Below, piece after piece: positions 42,009 to 55,899 of a stretch of 64,000 bases of DNA. A model generated the notes under the pieces. It worked only from the letters and a program-made list of their open reading frames with translations. It did no database searches and had not been told where the DNA came from. The stretch's first letter is position 1, and every line of letters starts with the position of its first letter. Location: the NCBI RefSeq assembly GCF_009914755.1, contig NC_060928.1; one strand, given 5' to 3'. The position numbers were made by a program, and so were the translations under genes. Source of the DNA: the human T2T-CHM13v2.0 reference genome, Homo sapiens.

Positions 42009-43274
42009 TTTTCTATTTTTATTTATTCTTTTTTAAATTATACTTTAAGTTCCGGAGTACATGTGCAGAACTTGCAGTTTCGTTACATAGGTATACACAT
42101 GCCATGGTGGTTTGCTGCACCCATCAACCTGTCACCTACATTAGGTATTTCTCCTAATGCTATCCCTCCCCTACCCCCTACCCCACGACAGGCCCCAGTA
42201 TGTGATGTTCCCTTCCCTGTGTCCATGTGTTCTCCTTGTTCAACTCCCACTTATGAGTGAGAACATGCAGTGTTTGGTTTTCTGTTCTTGTGATAGTTTG
42301 CTGAGAAAGAGGATTTCCAGCTTCATCCATGTCCCTGCAAAGGACATGAACTCATCCTTTTTTATGGCTGCATAGCATTCCATAGTGTATATGTGCCACA
42401 TTTTCTTCATCCAGTCTATCACGGATGGACATTTGGGTTGGTTCCAAGTCTTTGCTATTGTGAATAGTGCTGCAATAAACATACATACATGTGTCTTTAT
42501 AGAATGATTTATAATCCTTTGGGTATATACCCAGTAATGGCACTGTTGGGTCAAATGGTATTTCTAGTTCTAGATCCTTGAGGAATCGCCACACTGTCTT
42601 CCACAGTAGTTGAACTAATTTACACTCCCACCAACAGTGTAAAAGCATTCCTGTTTCTCCACATCCTCTCCAGCATCTGTTGTTTCCTGACTTTTTAATG
42701 ATCGCCATTCTAACTGGTGTGAGATGGTATCTCATTGTGGTTTTGATTTGTGGTCTAATGACCAATAATGATGAGCTTTTTTTCATATGTTTGTTGGCTG
42801 CATAAATGTCTTCTTTTGAGAAGTGTCTGTTCATATCCTTTGCCCACGTTTTGATGGGGTTGTTTTTTTCTTGTAAATTTGTTTATGTTCTTTGTAGATT
42901 CTGGATGTTAGCCCTTTGTCAGATGGACAGATTGCAAAAATTTTCTCCCACCTTGTAGGTTGCCTGTTCACTCTGATGATAGTTTCTTTCGCTGTGCAGA
43001 AGCTCTTTAGTTTAATTAGATCCCATTTGTCTATTTTGGCTTTTGTTGCCATTGCTTTTAGTGTTTTAGTCATGAAGTCTTTGCCCATGCCTATGTCCTG
43101 AATGGTACTGCCCAGGTTTTCTTCTAGGATTTTTATGGTTCCATATGAAGTTTAAAGTAGTTTTTTCCAATTCTGTGAAGAAAGTCATTGGTAGCTTGAT
43201 GGGGATAGCATTGAATCTATAATTACCTTGGGCAGTATGGCCATTTTGACAATATTGATTCATCCTATCCATCA

Positions 43275-43847
<573 letters not shown>

Positions 43848-44446
43848 TTAGCATGAAGGAGTGTTGAATTTTGTCAAAGGCCTTTTCTGCATCTATTGAG
43901 ATAATCATGCGGTTTTTGTCACTGGTTCTGTTTATGTGATGGATTATGTTTATTGATTTGTGTATGTTGAACCAGCCTTGCCTCCCAGGGATGAAGCTGA
44001 CTTCATCGTGGTGGATAAGCTTTTTCATGTGCTGCTGGATTCTGTTTGCCAGTATTTTATTGAGGATTTCTGCATCAATGTTCATCAGAGATATTGGCCT
44101 GAAATTTTCCTTTTTTGTGGTGTCTCTGCCAGGTTTTGGTAACAGGATGATGCTAGCCTCATAAAATGAGTTAGGGAGGATTCCCTCTTTTTCTATAGTT
44201 TGGAATAGTTTCAGAAGGAATGGTATCATCTCCTGTTTGTACCTCTGGTAGAATTCGGCTGTGAATCCATCTGGTCCTGGACATTTTGTTGGTAGGCTAT
44301 TAATTACTGCCTCAATTTCAGAACTTGTTATTGGTCTATTCAGGGATTCAACTTCTTCCTGGTTTAGACTTGTGGGGGGTGTTATGTGTCCAGGATTTAT
44401 CCATTATTACAGGTTTTCTCATTTATTTGCATAGAGGTGTTTATAG

Positions 44447-44823
<377 letters not shown>

Positions 44824-44908
44824 CCCTATATCATTTTTTATTGCATCTATTTGATTCTTCTCTCTTTTCTTCTTTATTAGTCTGGCTAGTGGTCTATCCA
44901 TTTTGTTG

Positions 44909-44913
<5 letters not shown>

Positions 44914-44948
<35 letters not shown>
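44914..44948 (+). repeat. A35 homopolymer inside L1 ORF2
   Basis: Direct count. Confidence 0.95.
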
Positions 44949-44949
<1 letters not shown>

Positions 44950-46120
44950 AGCTCCTGGATTCATTGATTTTTTTGAAGAGTTTTTCGTGTCTCTATCTCC
45001 TTCAGTTCTGCTCTGATCTTAGTTATTTCTTGTCTTCTGCTAGCTTTTGAATTTGTTTGCTGTGCTTCTCTAGTTCTTTTAATTTTGTTGTTAGGATGTC
45101 AATTTTAGATCTTTCCTGCTTTCTCTTGTGGGCATTTAGTGCTATAAATTTCCCTCTGCACACTGCTTTAAATGTGTCCCAGAGAGTCTGGTATGTTGTG
45201 TCTTTGTTCTCATTGGTTTCAAAGAACATCTTTATTTCTGCTTTAATTTCGTTATGTACCCTGTAGTCATTCAGGACCAGGTTGTTCAGTTTCCATGTAG
45301 TTGTGTGGTTTTCAGTGAGTTTCTTAAGCCTGAGTTCTAATTTGACTGCACTGTGGTCTGACAGACTGTTTGTTGTGATTTTCATTCTTTAGCATTTGCT
45401 GAGGAGGGTTTTACTTCCAATTATGTGGTCAATTTTAGAATAAGTGTGATGAGTTGCTGAGAAGAATGTATATTCTGTTGATTTAGGGTGGAGAGTTCTG
45501 TAGATGTCTATTAGGTCCGCTTGGTCCAGAGCTGAGTTCAAGTCCTGAATATCCTTGTTAATTTTCTGTCTCATTGATCTGTCTAATATTGACAGTGGGG
45601 TGTTAAAGTCTCCAACTATTATTGTGTGGGAGTCTAATCCTCTTTGTAGGTCTCTAAGAACTTGCTTTATGAATCTGGGTGCTCCTGTATTGGATGCATA
45701 TATATTTAGGATAGTTAGCTCTTCTTGCTGCATTGATCCCTTTATCACTATGTAATGCCCTTCTTTTCTCTTTTGATCTTTGTTGGTTTAAAGTCTTTTT
45801 TATCAGAGGTTAGGATTGCAACTCCTGTTTTTTGTTTGTTTGTTTGGTTTTGGCTTTCCATTTGCTTGGTAAATATTCCTCCATCCCTTTATTTTGAGCC
45901 TATGTGTGTCTTTGCATGTGAGTTGGATCTCCTGAATAGAGCACACTGATGGGTCTTGACTCTTTATCCAATTTGCCAGTCTGTGTCTTTTAATTGGGGC
46001 ATTTAGCATGTTTACATTTAAGGTTAATATTGTTATGTGTGAATTTGATCCTGTCATTATGATGCTAGCTGGTTATTTTGCCTGGTAGTTGATGCAGTTT
46101 CTTTATAACATCAATGGTCT

Positions 46121-47141
46121 TTACAATTTGGTATGTTTTTGCAGTGGCTGGTACCGGCTGTTCCTGTCCATGTTTAGTGCTTCCTTCAGGAGCTCCTGTA
46201 AGGCACGCCTGGTGGTGACAAAATCTCTCAGCATTTGCTTGTCTGTAAAGGATTTTATTTCTCCTTCGCTTATGAAGCTTAGTTTGGCTGGATATGAAAT
46301 TCTGGGTTGAAAATTCTTTTCTTTAAGAATGTTGAGTATTGGCCCCCACTCTCTTCTGGCTTGTAGGGTTTCTGCAGAGAGATCCACTGTTAGTCTGATG
46401 GGCTTCCCTTTGTGGGTAACCTGACCTTTCTCTATGGCTGCCCTTAACATTTTTTCCTTCATTTCAACCTTGGTGAATCTGAAGATTATGTGTCTTGGGA
46501 TTGCTCTTCTCAAGGAGTATCTTTGTGGTGTTCTCTGTATTTCCTGAATTTGAATGTTGGCCTGTCTTGCTAATTTGGGGAAGTTCTCCTGGATAATATC
46601 CTGGAGAGTGTTTTCCAACTTGGTTCCATTCTCCTTGTCACTTTCAGGTACACCAATCAAACACAGATTTGGTCTTTTCACATAGTCCCATATTTGTTGG
46701 AGGCTTTGCTCGTTCCTTTTTATTCTTTTTTCTCTAATCTTGTCTTCTTTCTTTATTTCATTAAGTTGATCTTCAATCATTGCTATCCTTTCTTTTGCTT
46801 GATTGATTCGGCTGTTGATACTTGTATATGCTTCACGAAGTTCTTGTGCTGTTTTTTCAGTGCCATCAGGTCATGTATGTTCTTCTTTAAACTGGTTATT
46901 CTAGTTAGCAATTCGTCTAACCTTTTTTCAAGGTTCTTAGCTTCCTTGCATTGGGTTAGAGCATGCTCGTTTAGCTCAAGTCTGTTATTACCCACCTTCT
47001 GAAGCCTACTTCTGTCAATTCGTCAAACTCATTCTCCATCCAGTTTTGTTCCCTTGCTGGTGAGGAGTTGTAATCCCTTGGAGGAGAAGAGGTGTTCTTG
47101 TTTTTGGTATTTTCAGCCTTTTTCAGCTGGTTTCTCCCCGT
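46121..47141 (-). pseudogene. L1 ORF1p remnant (start ATG>ACG, frameshifted)
   Basis: Pieces ...NWMENEFDELTEVGFRRWVIT, ...WDYVKRPNL...YPAKLSFISEGEIKSFTDKQMLRDFVTTR in different frames. Confidence 0.9.
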
Positions 47142-47199
47142 CTTTGTGGATTTATCCATCTTTGGTCTTTAATGTTGGTGACCTTCAGATGGGGTCTTT

Positions 47200-48442
47200 A
47201 AGCAGATGTGCTATTCCTTTCTGTTTGTTAGTTTTCCTTTTGGCAGTCAGGCCCTTCTGCTGCCGGTCTGCTGGAGTTTGCTAGAGATCCACTCTCAGCC
47301 CTGTTTGCCTGGGTATCACCAGCGGAAGCAAAGATTCCTGCCTGATCTTTCCTCAGGAAGCTTTGTCCCAGAGGAGCATCTGCCAGATGCCAGCCAGAGC
47401 TCTCCTGTATGAGGTGTCCGTCGGCCCCTACTGGGAGGTGTCTCCCAGATACACAGGGGTCAGGGACCCACTTGAGGAGGCAGGCTGACCCTCAGCAGAG
47501 CTCAAACACTGTGCTGGGAGGTCCGCTGCTCTCTTCAGAGCTGTCAGGCAGGGACATTTAAGTCTGCTGAAGCTGCGCCCATAGCCACCCCTTTCCCCGG
47601 GTGCTCTGTCCCAGGGAGATGGAGGTTTTATCTATAAGTCCCTGACTGGAGCTGCTACCTTTTTGTCAGAGATCCTCTGCCCAGAGAAAAGAAATCTGGC
47701 GGTCTGGCCCCAGCAGCCTTTCTGAGCTGCAGTGGGCTCTGCCCAGTTCGAACTTCCCAGTGCCTTTGTTTAAACTGTGAATGTAAAACCACCTACTCAA
47801 GCCTCAGCAATGGCGGACGCCCCTCCCCCGACCAAGCTCTAGTGCCCCAGGTGGAGCTCAGACTGCTGCCGTGCTGGCAGCGAGGATTTCAAGCCAGTGG
47901 ATCTTAGTTTGCTGGGCTCTGTGGGGGTGGGACCCGCCGAGCCAGACCACTTGGATCCCTGGCTTCAGCACCCCTTTCCAGGAGAGTGAATGGTTGTCTC
48001 GTTGGCGTTCCAGGTGCTACTGGGGTATGGAAAAAAAGAACTCCTGCAGCTAGTTCGGCGTCTGCCCAAATGGCCACCCAGATTTGTGCTTGAAACCCAG
48101 GGCCCTGGTGGGGTGGGCACCGGAGGGAATCTCCTGGTTTGTGGGTTGCGAAGACTGTGGAACAAGCGCAGTATCTATGCCGGAGTTCCTCAGGCTCAGT
48201 CCCTCACGGCTTCCTTTGGCTAGAGGACGAAATTCCGCGACCCCTTGCGCTTCCCGGGTGAGGTGACGCCCCACCCTGCTTCGGCTTGCCCTCTGTGGGC
48301 TGCACCCGCTGTCCAACCAGTCCCAGTGAGATGAACCGGGCACCTCAGTTGGAGATGCAGAAATCACCCGCCTTCTGAGTCGATCTCGCTGGGAGCTACA
48401 GACCGGAGCTGTTCCTATTCGGCCATCTTGCCAGCCAGAAGC
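47200..48442 (-). promoter_or_regulatory. L1 5' UTR: internal sense promoter with YY1 site, plus putative antisense promoter
   Basis: CAAGATGGCC (ggccatcttg 48421-48430); visibly CpG-rich relative to flanks; activity itself not shown. Confidence 0.6.
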
Positions 48443-48469
48443 CACTTTTCTATTTTTAACTAGAATTAC

Positions 48470-48650
48470 TGAACCCTGACAATGTGCCAGAAACAGCCCT
48501 AGTACCTTTAAATATGCTAATTTTCATAACACCCTCATTAGGCAAGTGCCCCATTTTACAGATGAGGACTCTAAGGTGTAATGAGCTTAGGTAATTCACT
48601 GAAGATCTTTCTGCTGGCAAATCCCATGCTCTCAACATGTGCCTCACCGC
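48470..48650 (-). mobile_element. MIR
   Basis: ccccattttacagatgaggactct. Confidence 0.65.
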
Positions 48651-50666
48651 CCTCCCAGAGAGCTACTTCAAGAGCTGATGCTCAGGCCTCCAGTATTTGC
48701 TGTCTGCATTAGGAGGTGGCAAGGGCCTGGCACAGAGGTCTGCGACAAGCCAAGCTAGGCCATGGCTTCCATCCACACCCCTCTGCACCTAAATGCATTG
48801 ATCCTACAATGAAGAGCTGGCAAGGTCATCCTGGTTTTGCTCCATTTTCTCTGTGGCATTGTCATTTGAGGTGCTGCTCATGGTAGGTGGTGGGGTTCAC
48901 CTTCTTCCATGCTGAGCTAGGCTGGACACATTCCAGCCGACAGCAGGACAAAGAGGGTGATGTGACCACCTATGAGGGGCTCAGCCCCATGCTCTGTGAT
49001 CACGGCCTGGGGACTTTGGCACCTGAGGTGCTGGATGGTGTCACTACTGGGCACAGTTTTCCCTGCATCAGCAGCAATAGGGGAATACGTGCACACAGGA
49101 AGGCTCAGGTTCCCCAAACTCATATAGCATCTGGACTAAAAGGAAGGATTTGTACAGGGCTCTAGAGGTTAACTGTCAGTTATGTAGTTGCTCCACTTTA
49201 GAACAATGACTTTGGACACTTTAGGGCATAGCCAAAGAGCAAAGCAGTTACTTTGTGGCTGTTCTGCCTGCTCCTCACTCTTGGCCATCAGTAAGTCTGG
49301 CTTAGGATGGAGAAATCCAAGGGTCTCCTCTGGCTGAGGGAGGCAGGTCCAGAAAGCCACATACCAGCAGTACCAGTTCACTACATCAGCTCCTTAGTCC
49401 ACAAAAAGGTCCACAGGATGGACAGGGACAGAGGCCAACAGCCACCCCGCCACCAGAGCAGGGCCATTCCTCTGACATCTAAGAGTCACATCCATATGAC
49501 TACTGCAACCTGTGGCTCAAAGTCAGCTGAAAAATGGTTATACACATTAAGTTAGAGCCATTTTGTGAAAACTAATTCAGTTTTCTTCCCGTTGCTTGGT
49601 ACATACACACTATTCAGTGAAATATTAGCTTTTATTCAAGGCATGACATAGGAATTCCTTCAAAATTAATATTTTATGCTATACTTTGTATCAGTTTATA
49701 CTGAAATATTTATCAACATGTCCTGTGACTGCCTGTGCAGGAATTTATTCAAATTTATTCCATTTTGCTGTTTGTTGTATACTGATTTTCACTGATAAAT
49801 TTCCTTTGACTGTAGGTACTGTAGAAGAATTCACTCAAATTTATTTGATATTACAGTTTGCTTCTGCATTACCTTTATTCATCAAAATATCATACAGGTA
49901 TGTGCTTTTCAAAAAAAGCTCTGCCGTGTCTGATATGAAAACGTCCCCTATCTATAAATGCCTGTATTACCTACTACTTATTTACCCACAAGTTTCCTCT
50001 GTTATCTGTAACAGTTGGGGGTGGGAGGCTGGGGAATGCTACTGCTTGTCCAGATGTTATGATCTCCTTCTGGATCTCTGTACCCTGTATTTGCATAAAC
50101 AAAATGCTTCTCCCCCTCACCCCCACCAAAAAAAAAAAAACCAAAAAACCTTTTATGTTACTTTCAATGCTTGTATGTTTGAAGTAGTCAAATCTTTTTC
50201 CTCAAATAATTATTTGTAAAAATTAGAATATCATTTACAAATCTCTGTTTCTTATTTGCATCTAAAAGCAGAATAAGGAGGTCCAGGAGCCATGAGCTTC
50301 TCCCAGGTTTCAGCCTGGACCAAATCCTAAACTCCTTATCTTTTCTCAGAGGCAGCAGGTTCACCAAAACACAAATGTCAGGACCAAGGCGCATCCACAT
50401 GCTTCTATCCACTCTATTGCCCTTACTCCCCTCTTCCCCAAACCACAATTTTGACATGGCAGACTTGGAATAAAATCAAGAAGCTCCTCTAGAATGAGAA
50501 AGGAATAAACAGCTTACTGGGACATTCATGCCTCAACATTGCATTCCCTTTAGATTTTTTTTTTCCTGGTGATCTTTTGTATCTTGCAATACTCTAGGGG
50601 GAAGAAAAGGAGAACTGTGGGCAAAAACTTATGTAATTTATTGCAACATAATTTTAATTTACATGC

Positions 50667-51166
50667 TGTGGTAGGCAACCTTCGATATGGCCTTCAATGA
50701 TTCCCATCCCTGGTCCTCACACCTTTGTGTAGTCCCCTCCTATAATATTATACCGGGGTTGGTTGTGTGACCAACAGAATACAACAGAAGTGCAGGAACA
50801 TCCTAAGATCAGCGTAGAAAAGATTGTGGCTGTGTCTTGGTTGCTCTCTAGTGCGTGTTCTCTCTCTCTCTCATCAACATGGCTCTGTGGGAAGCCATGC
50901 TGTGGGCAGCTCCATGAGGCGGCCCATATGGCAAGAACTGAAGTCTCCTGCCAACACTCACGTGAGTTTGAAAGTAGACCCTGCAGCCCCAGACAAAGCT
51001 CCAGGTGACTAGAGCCTCAACTCACAGCTTGACTGCAACTCCATGAGAGAACTACCCAGCTAAGCCACTCCCAGACTAATGACTCTCAAACTATGGGAGA
51101 TAAAAGTTTGTTTTAAGCTGCTAAATTCTGGGGTAACTTGTTATATAGCAATAGATAACTCATACA
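50667..51166 (+). mobile_element. MLT1F-type MaLR LTR
   Basis: tgtggtaggc...cccagctaagccactcccaga...ttttaagctgctaaattctggggtaacttgttatatagcaatagataactcataca. Confidence 0.8.
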
Positions 51167-51323
51167 CATAGATTTTCAAATTCTTTCTTGAGCTTTCTTC
51201 AGTGATCCAAGTTTCTACTATAAACATGAATTACTTTTGCAAATACAAATCAAAGACGGCATATGTGTGTATGACCTCTTGGGAAGAAGATGGGATGGGC
51301 TAAGGTGGTGACTTCCCTCTTCC

Positions 51324-51617
51324 TTTTTTTTTTTGAGATGGAGTCTCACTGTTGTAGCCCAGGCTGGAGTGCAGTGGCGCAATCTCGGCTCACTGCAACC
51401 TCCGCCTCCCAGGTTCAAGCTATTCTCCTGTCTCAGTCTCCTGAGTGGCTGGGATTACAGGCACGTGCCACCATGCCCAGCTAATTTTTGTACTTTTAGT
51501 AGAGATGGGGTTTCGCCATGTTGGCCAGGCTGGTCTTGAACTCCTGACCTCAGGTGATCTGCCTGCTTCAGCCTCCCAAAGTCCTGGGATTACAGACGTG
51601 AGCCACCGTGCCCAGCC
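51324..51617 (-). mobile_element. AluS (Sq/Sp-like)
   Basis: Full dimer; imperfect TSD ccctctt(c/t)ctt. Confidence 0.9.
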
Positions 51618-51949
51618 CCCTCTTTCTTATATCTCTTAATTCCCGGACTGAAAACTACCCAGCACAGGCTTCGTGGGGATGCTACAGAGCAAATGTGAGC
51701 AGGGATAATGGGGAGTTGAACAAAATGCCTTCTATCCTGGGATTATTTGATGAGTACTACTGACATTCAAACACTGCCAATCTGTGTCTTCTTATAACCT
51801 CTCAAATAGGCTGATCAATCGCTTCTTTTGTTGACTGAGGACTACAGAAGGATACACATTTAAATTCAAGAGATATTTAGGGTTAACTTTAGGAAGAACT
51901 TCTAGCCAAGAAAACTGTGGTTAAACAACTGCACAGGATGAACAATTAG

Positions 51950-52110
51950 CACGGCATAAAGAACACGGGCCTTAGCTTCAGCAAGACCAGGCTTGTGTCC
52001 TGGTTCCATTTCCTTCTAGCAGTGTGATTTTGGATAAATCATTTTCTCTCTTTGAAGCTCAACTTCCTTACCCATAAAATAGTGACAAAACCATCTACCT
52101 TGTTGGTGCT
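51950..52110 (+). mobile_element. MIR
   Basis: ctagcagtgtgattttggataaatca...ctcaacttccttacccataaaatag. Confidence 0.6.
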
Positions 52111-52372
52111 CAGCTGGCCTCATTCCCTCCTTCTCTAGACAGGGGTGGATAAAACCACATCGCTAGACCCTTTCTAGTCCTAAGATTACCTGGTACAGGC
52201 TTTACTCTGACTGCAGGAGAGATGTGGATTTGATAACACTAAGGTGGTCCTTATCCACCAACCTTCCTGCTCTCTTGGCAAACTCTGAGAGGCTCATTTC
52301 CTGAATGTTTCTCTCAGAAGATTACATATACACTACAATGCATCCTTTTCTTCCATAAGAAACTGTGGGATA

Positions 52373-52663
52373 GGCTGGGCATGGTGGCTCACGCCTGTAA
52401 TTCCAGCACTTTGGGAGGCTGAGGCAGGCAGATCACTTGAGGCCAGGAGATCGAGACTAGCCTGGGCAACATGGAAAAACCCCATCTGTACTAAAAATAC
52501 AAAGAAATTAGCTGGGCATGGTGGCATGCCTATAATCCCAGCTACTCAGGAGGCTGAGGCATGAGAATTGCTTGAACCCAGGAGGGGGAGGGTGCAGTGA
52601 GCCGAGATCATGCCACTACACTCCAGCCTGGGTGACAGAGCAAGACTCTGTCTCAAAAAAAAA

Positions 52664-52694
<31 letters not shown>
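52373..52694 (+). mobile_element. AluS with A/(GA)n tail
   Basis: Full dimer. Confidence 0.9.
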
Positions 52695-53209
52695 AGGAAA
52701 ATGGGGGTTAAATCAGGAAACTAAACTTTATGCCACACTTTCTTGGGTGCCTGTGAAGCAAATCACCTCACCCATCTGGGTCTTGGTTATCCTGTTGGGA
52801 TATGCAGGGGATACGTTAAGGTCATCTCTACCTCTAAAAGCCTAGACTCTAATTTTAGAGAGATATGGAGAGTATTTCAGAAGTCTTTATGTGTTATGGT
52901 GGGTTTTATTAAGGGATTATCTCTATATAGTGTCTCTGTGCTCTTAATTTACCCCCACACAAAATGCTCTCATTTCCTTCGCAAAACATATTGTCTAAAG
53001 CCCAATGCAGGCTGAATGCTGGCAGCTAGTAGGCCACTCTGAAGCAAATCTCTTGTCCTCTCTGTACATAACTTCCCTCATCTGTGTAAAGGGATAATAA
53101 TATCTTACCTGACGGGGTTCTGTGAAGATGAAATGAGTCAATGTATACAAAGAACTTAGAACACACAGCCCCACCTAAGTGTGAGCTACCAGTGGTCCTA
53201 GTGCCAACA

Positions 53210-54200
53210 CATCTGCTCACATCCGTTCCACCCATGGAGCTGTGTGCTTATTCCAGGTGAGCTATGTTTCCTTTCAAATCTTTTTGTGCCAAGTGTACTT
53301 GCTTTGCATGCATACTGTGCAAGCATTATATAAAATCAATTAAATATGGAAGTCAAGAAATAGTTGTTTCTGTAAAAACTAAGCTAAATGCCTTGTAAAG
53401 ACTCCATGAAGGCAGGCTGGGCATAGTGGCTCATGCCTGTCATCCCAGCACTTTGGGAGGCAGAGGTGGCAGGATCGCTTAAGGCCAGGAGTTCAAGACC
53501 AGCCGAGGTAAAACAGCAAGACACCCATTCTCTACAAAAAGACTTAAAAATTCGCCAGGCACAGTGGTACATGCCTATAGTCCTAGCTACTCAGAAGACT
53601 GAGGCAGGAGGATCGTTTGAGCCCAGGAGCTCAAGGTTACAATTAGCTATGATCGTGCCACTGCACTTTAGCCTGGGTGACAGTGAGACCTCATCTCTTT
53701 AAAAAAAAAAAAAAAAAAAAAGACTCCATGAAGGCAAACCATGACAAAAGTTTGCTGTTGAATGAGGTGTGACAGAGACAACTGCATAACACTGGAAAAA
53801 TTCTGGAAAAACCTCCCAACTTAGATTACTTTGCAAGTATTGCTGAGTTCTAGGTCCACCTTAAAAAAATGTAAATGGAAGTTGTGGCTGACAAATTATG
53901 GCTGAAGTTTACACAAGGAAGATACTTCAGTCAGAGGACACTTAGACAAGAAAAAGACCTTGGGCCTATCTCAAAACATTCCTAGTACTCAAAATATTAC
54001 AGCAAGTGACATACCACTGGGGGAAAAATATCAGAGTCTCCATGCACACAGCACGAGCAGGGAAAAAACCAAAATGCTAGACAATATACTACTTCAAAAT
54101 CGTATTTTCATTTAAAATAAAATGTGTAAAGTATGTGTCATTTTACACACACCCTCATCATTTTCATTGACTCTTTGAGCTAACTGGCCAATTATCAGTC
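53210..54200 (+). mobile_element. Old Tigger transposon fragment (HTH region) split by AluJ
   Basis: gttgtttctgtaaaaactaagctaaatgccttg..aagactc..tgaaggc...tttgctgttgaatgaggtgtg..agagacaactg encodes a decayed Tigger-type HTH. Confidence 0.55.
53415..53718 (+). mobile_element. AluJ
   Basis: Perfect 18-bp TSD aaagactccatgaaggca at 53397-53414 and 53719-53736. Confidence 0.92.
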
Positions 54201-54404
54201 TTGATTTAGTTTGGCAACAGCGTTTCAACTCTGCATGAGCCTGTGTTCTCGCATCGTGGATGTGCCTATGGGGTCGGGGGTTAGAAAGCTTCCATTAGAT
54301 AATGTGTAAATCATATCTGCACTTTGACTAGCATTTCTTAATATACATATATATACACCCATCCATAAATACATACATAACAATTCTGCTACTTCAGAAT
54401 TTTT

Positions 54405-54700
54405 TTTTTTTTTTGAGATGAAGTCTCCCTCTGTCGCCCAGACTAGAGTGCAGTGGCGTGATCTCGGCTCACCACAACCTCCGCCTCCCTGGTTGAAGTG
54501 ATTCTCCTGCCTCAGCCTCCCAAGTAGCTGGGATTACAGGCTCCCGACACCACGCCAGGCTAATTTTTTTTTGTATTTTTAGCAGAGACAGGGTTTCACC
54601 ATGTTGGCCAGGTTGGTCTTGAACTCCTGACCTCAAGTGATCTACCTGCCTTGGCCTCCCAAAGTGCTGGGATTACAGGTGTGAGCCACTGCACCCAGCC
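54405..54700 (-). mobile_element. AluS (Sx/Sz-like)
   Basis: Full dimer; TSD tactt(c/t)agaattttt. Confidence 0.92.
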
Positions 54701-54875
54701 TACTTTAGAATTTTTAAATGTCTTTAGGGAATTTTCTAATTTTCCCCCAAATAATGCATACCTTGAGACTACCTGAATCCATACCTTTTTCTATATGTGA
54801 ACTTCACGACATTTGATTTATCCATCCTATACAGTTATAGAATATTAGATCACAATATTGGGCTTAAAAAATGTC

Positions 54876-55190
54876 AGCTAGGTGCAGTGGCACACACCTG
54901 TAATCCCAAATACTTTGGGAGGCCGAGGCAGGAGGACTGTCTGGGGCCAGGAGTTCGAGACCAAAGTGGGCAACATAGTGAGATCTTGTCTCTACAAGAA
55001 ATTTTTAAAAATTAGCCAAGTGTGGTAGTGCACGCCTGTAGTCCTAGCTACTCGGGAGGCTGAGGCAGAAGGATTCCTTAAGCCCAGGAGTTCAGGGCTG
55101 CAGTGAGCTATGATCACACCACTGCACTCCAGCCTGAGTGACAGAGCAAGACCCTGTCTCTGAATGAATGAATGAATGAATGAACAAACA
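54876..55190 (+). mobile_element. AluJ with (TGAA)n tail
   Basis: gagcccaggagttcagggctgcagtgagctatgatc. Confidence 0.9.
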
Positions 55191-55899
55191 AGTGCTTACC
55201 TTGTTCCTAATTTAATTAGCAAGCTAAACATATCTTGCACATGGCAGACGTAAGCTCTGGAATGTGCCCTCAATTTCACTGGCTCCAGACCCACAATTCT
55301 CTTTAACTCCCTGGCAGACACACTTCACCATCTGGAGTCCCTACTGCTACCAAACTGTCCACTGTCAACCATTTCATCTGTGTGTCTGTGTGTGTGTGTG
55401 TACAGGGGAAGCCATGGCCTGTCCAACAACTCACAGTCCCAACCTCATGTAGTCTGGTAAATCAGGGACCCTCATTCACAGCCAGAGAATGAAAGAAAAG
55501 CTGCAGAATGCAGTTCTGACCCCTGGGCTGGCTAGAGCACAAAATGAAAAGGATAGACTGCTGAGGAGGTGGGGTGTCACATGTCTGTATTTTGCTGTTC
55601 ATAACGACGGCAACAAGTACTAAAGGTGTGCGAAAGCAGAGGGAGGCATAAAATGAGATAGAAGGAAATGATGACTTTTAAGTGGCAATACAAAGACGGG
55701 GTGGCTAAAAAGAACATCTTAGCAGTGATCAGGAAGGAAGGGATGACACATCTTTGAACATAGCTATAATTTAAATTAAGAGTGGAAATGAGGTATATCT
55801 TGGAATAAGAAGTATCTAGGTGTTAACACTACTCTCAGTTGAATTATTCAAAGAAAACATCTATGTAGGAAGTCTTATGTTCAGGGGAGGGATGGTGGA

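Noticed and set aside
46121-46780. 219-aa ORF as evidence of an active L1
   Set aside because: ORF1 start codon is mutated and frameshifted; ORF2 has stops, an Alu insertion and a deletion.
49686-50219. 177-aa plus-strand ORF as a novel gene
   Set aside because: Non-ATG start, low-complexity hydrophobic composition, no recognisable domain or splice/promoter context.
55200-55531. Possible cryptic exon (strong AAG|gtaagc donor, pyrimidine-rich acceptor)
   Set aside because: About 330 nt is long for an internal exon and the pairing of sites is arbitrary without RNA data.
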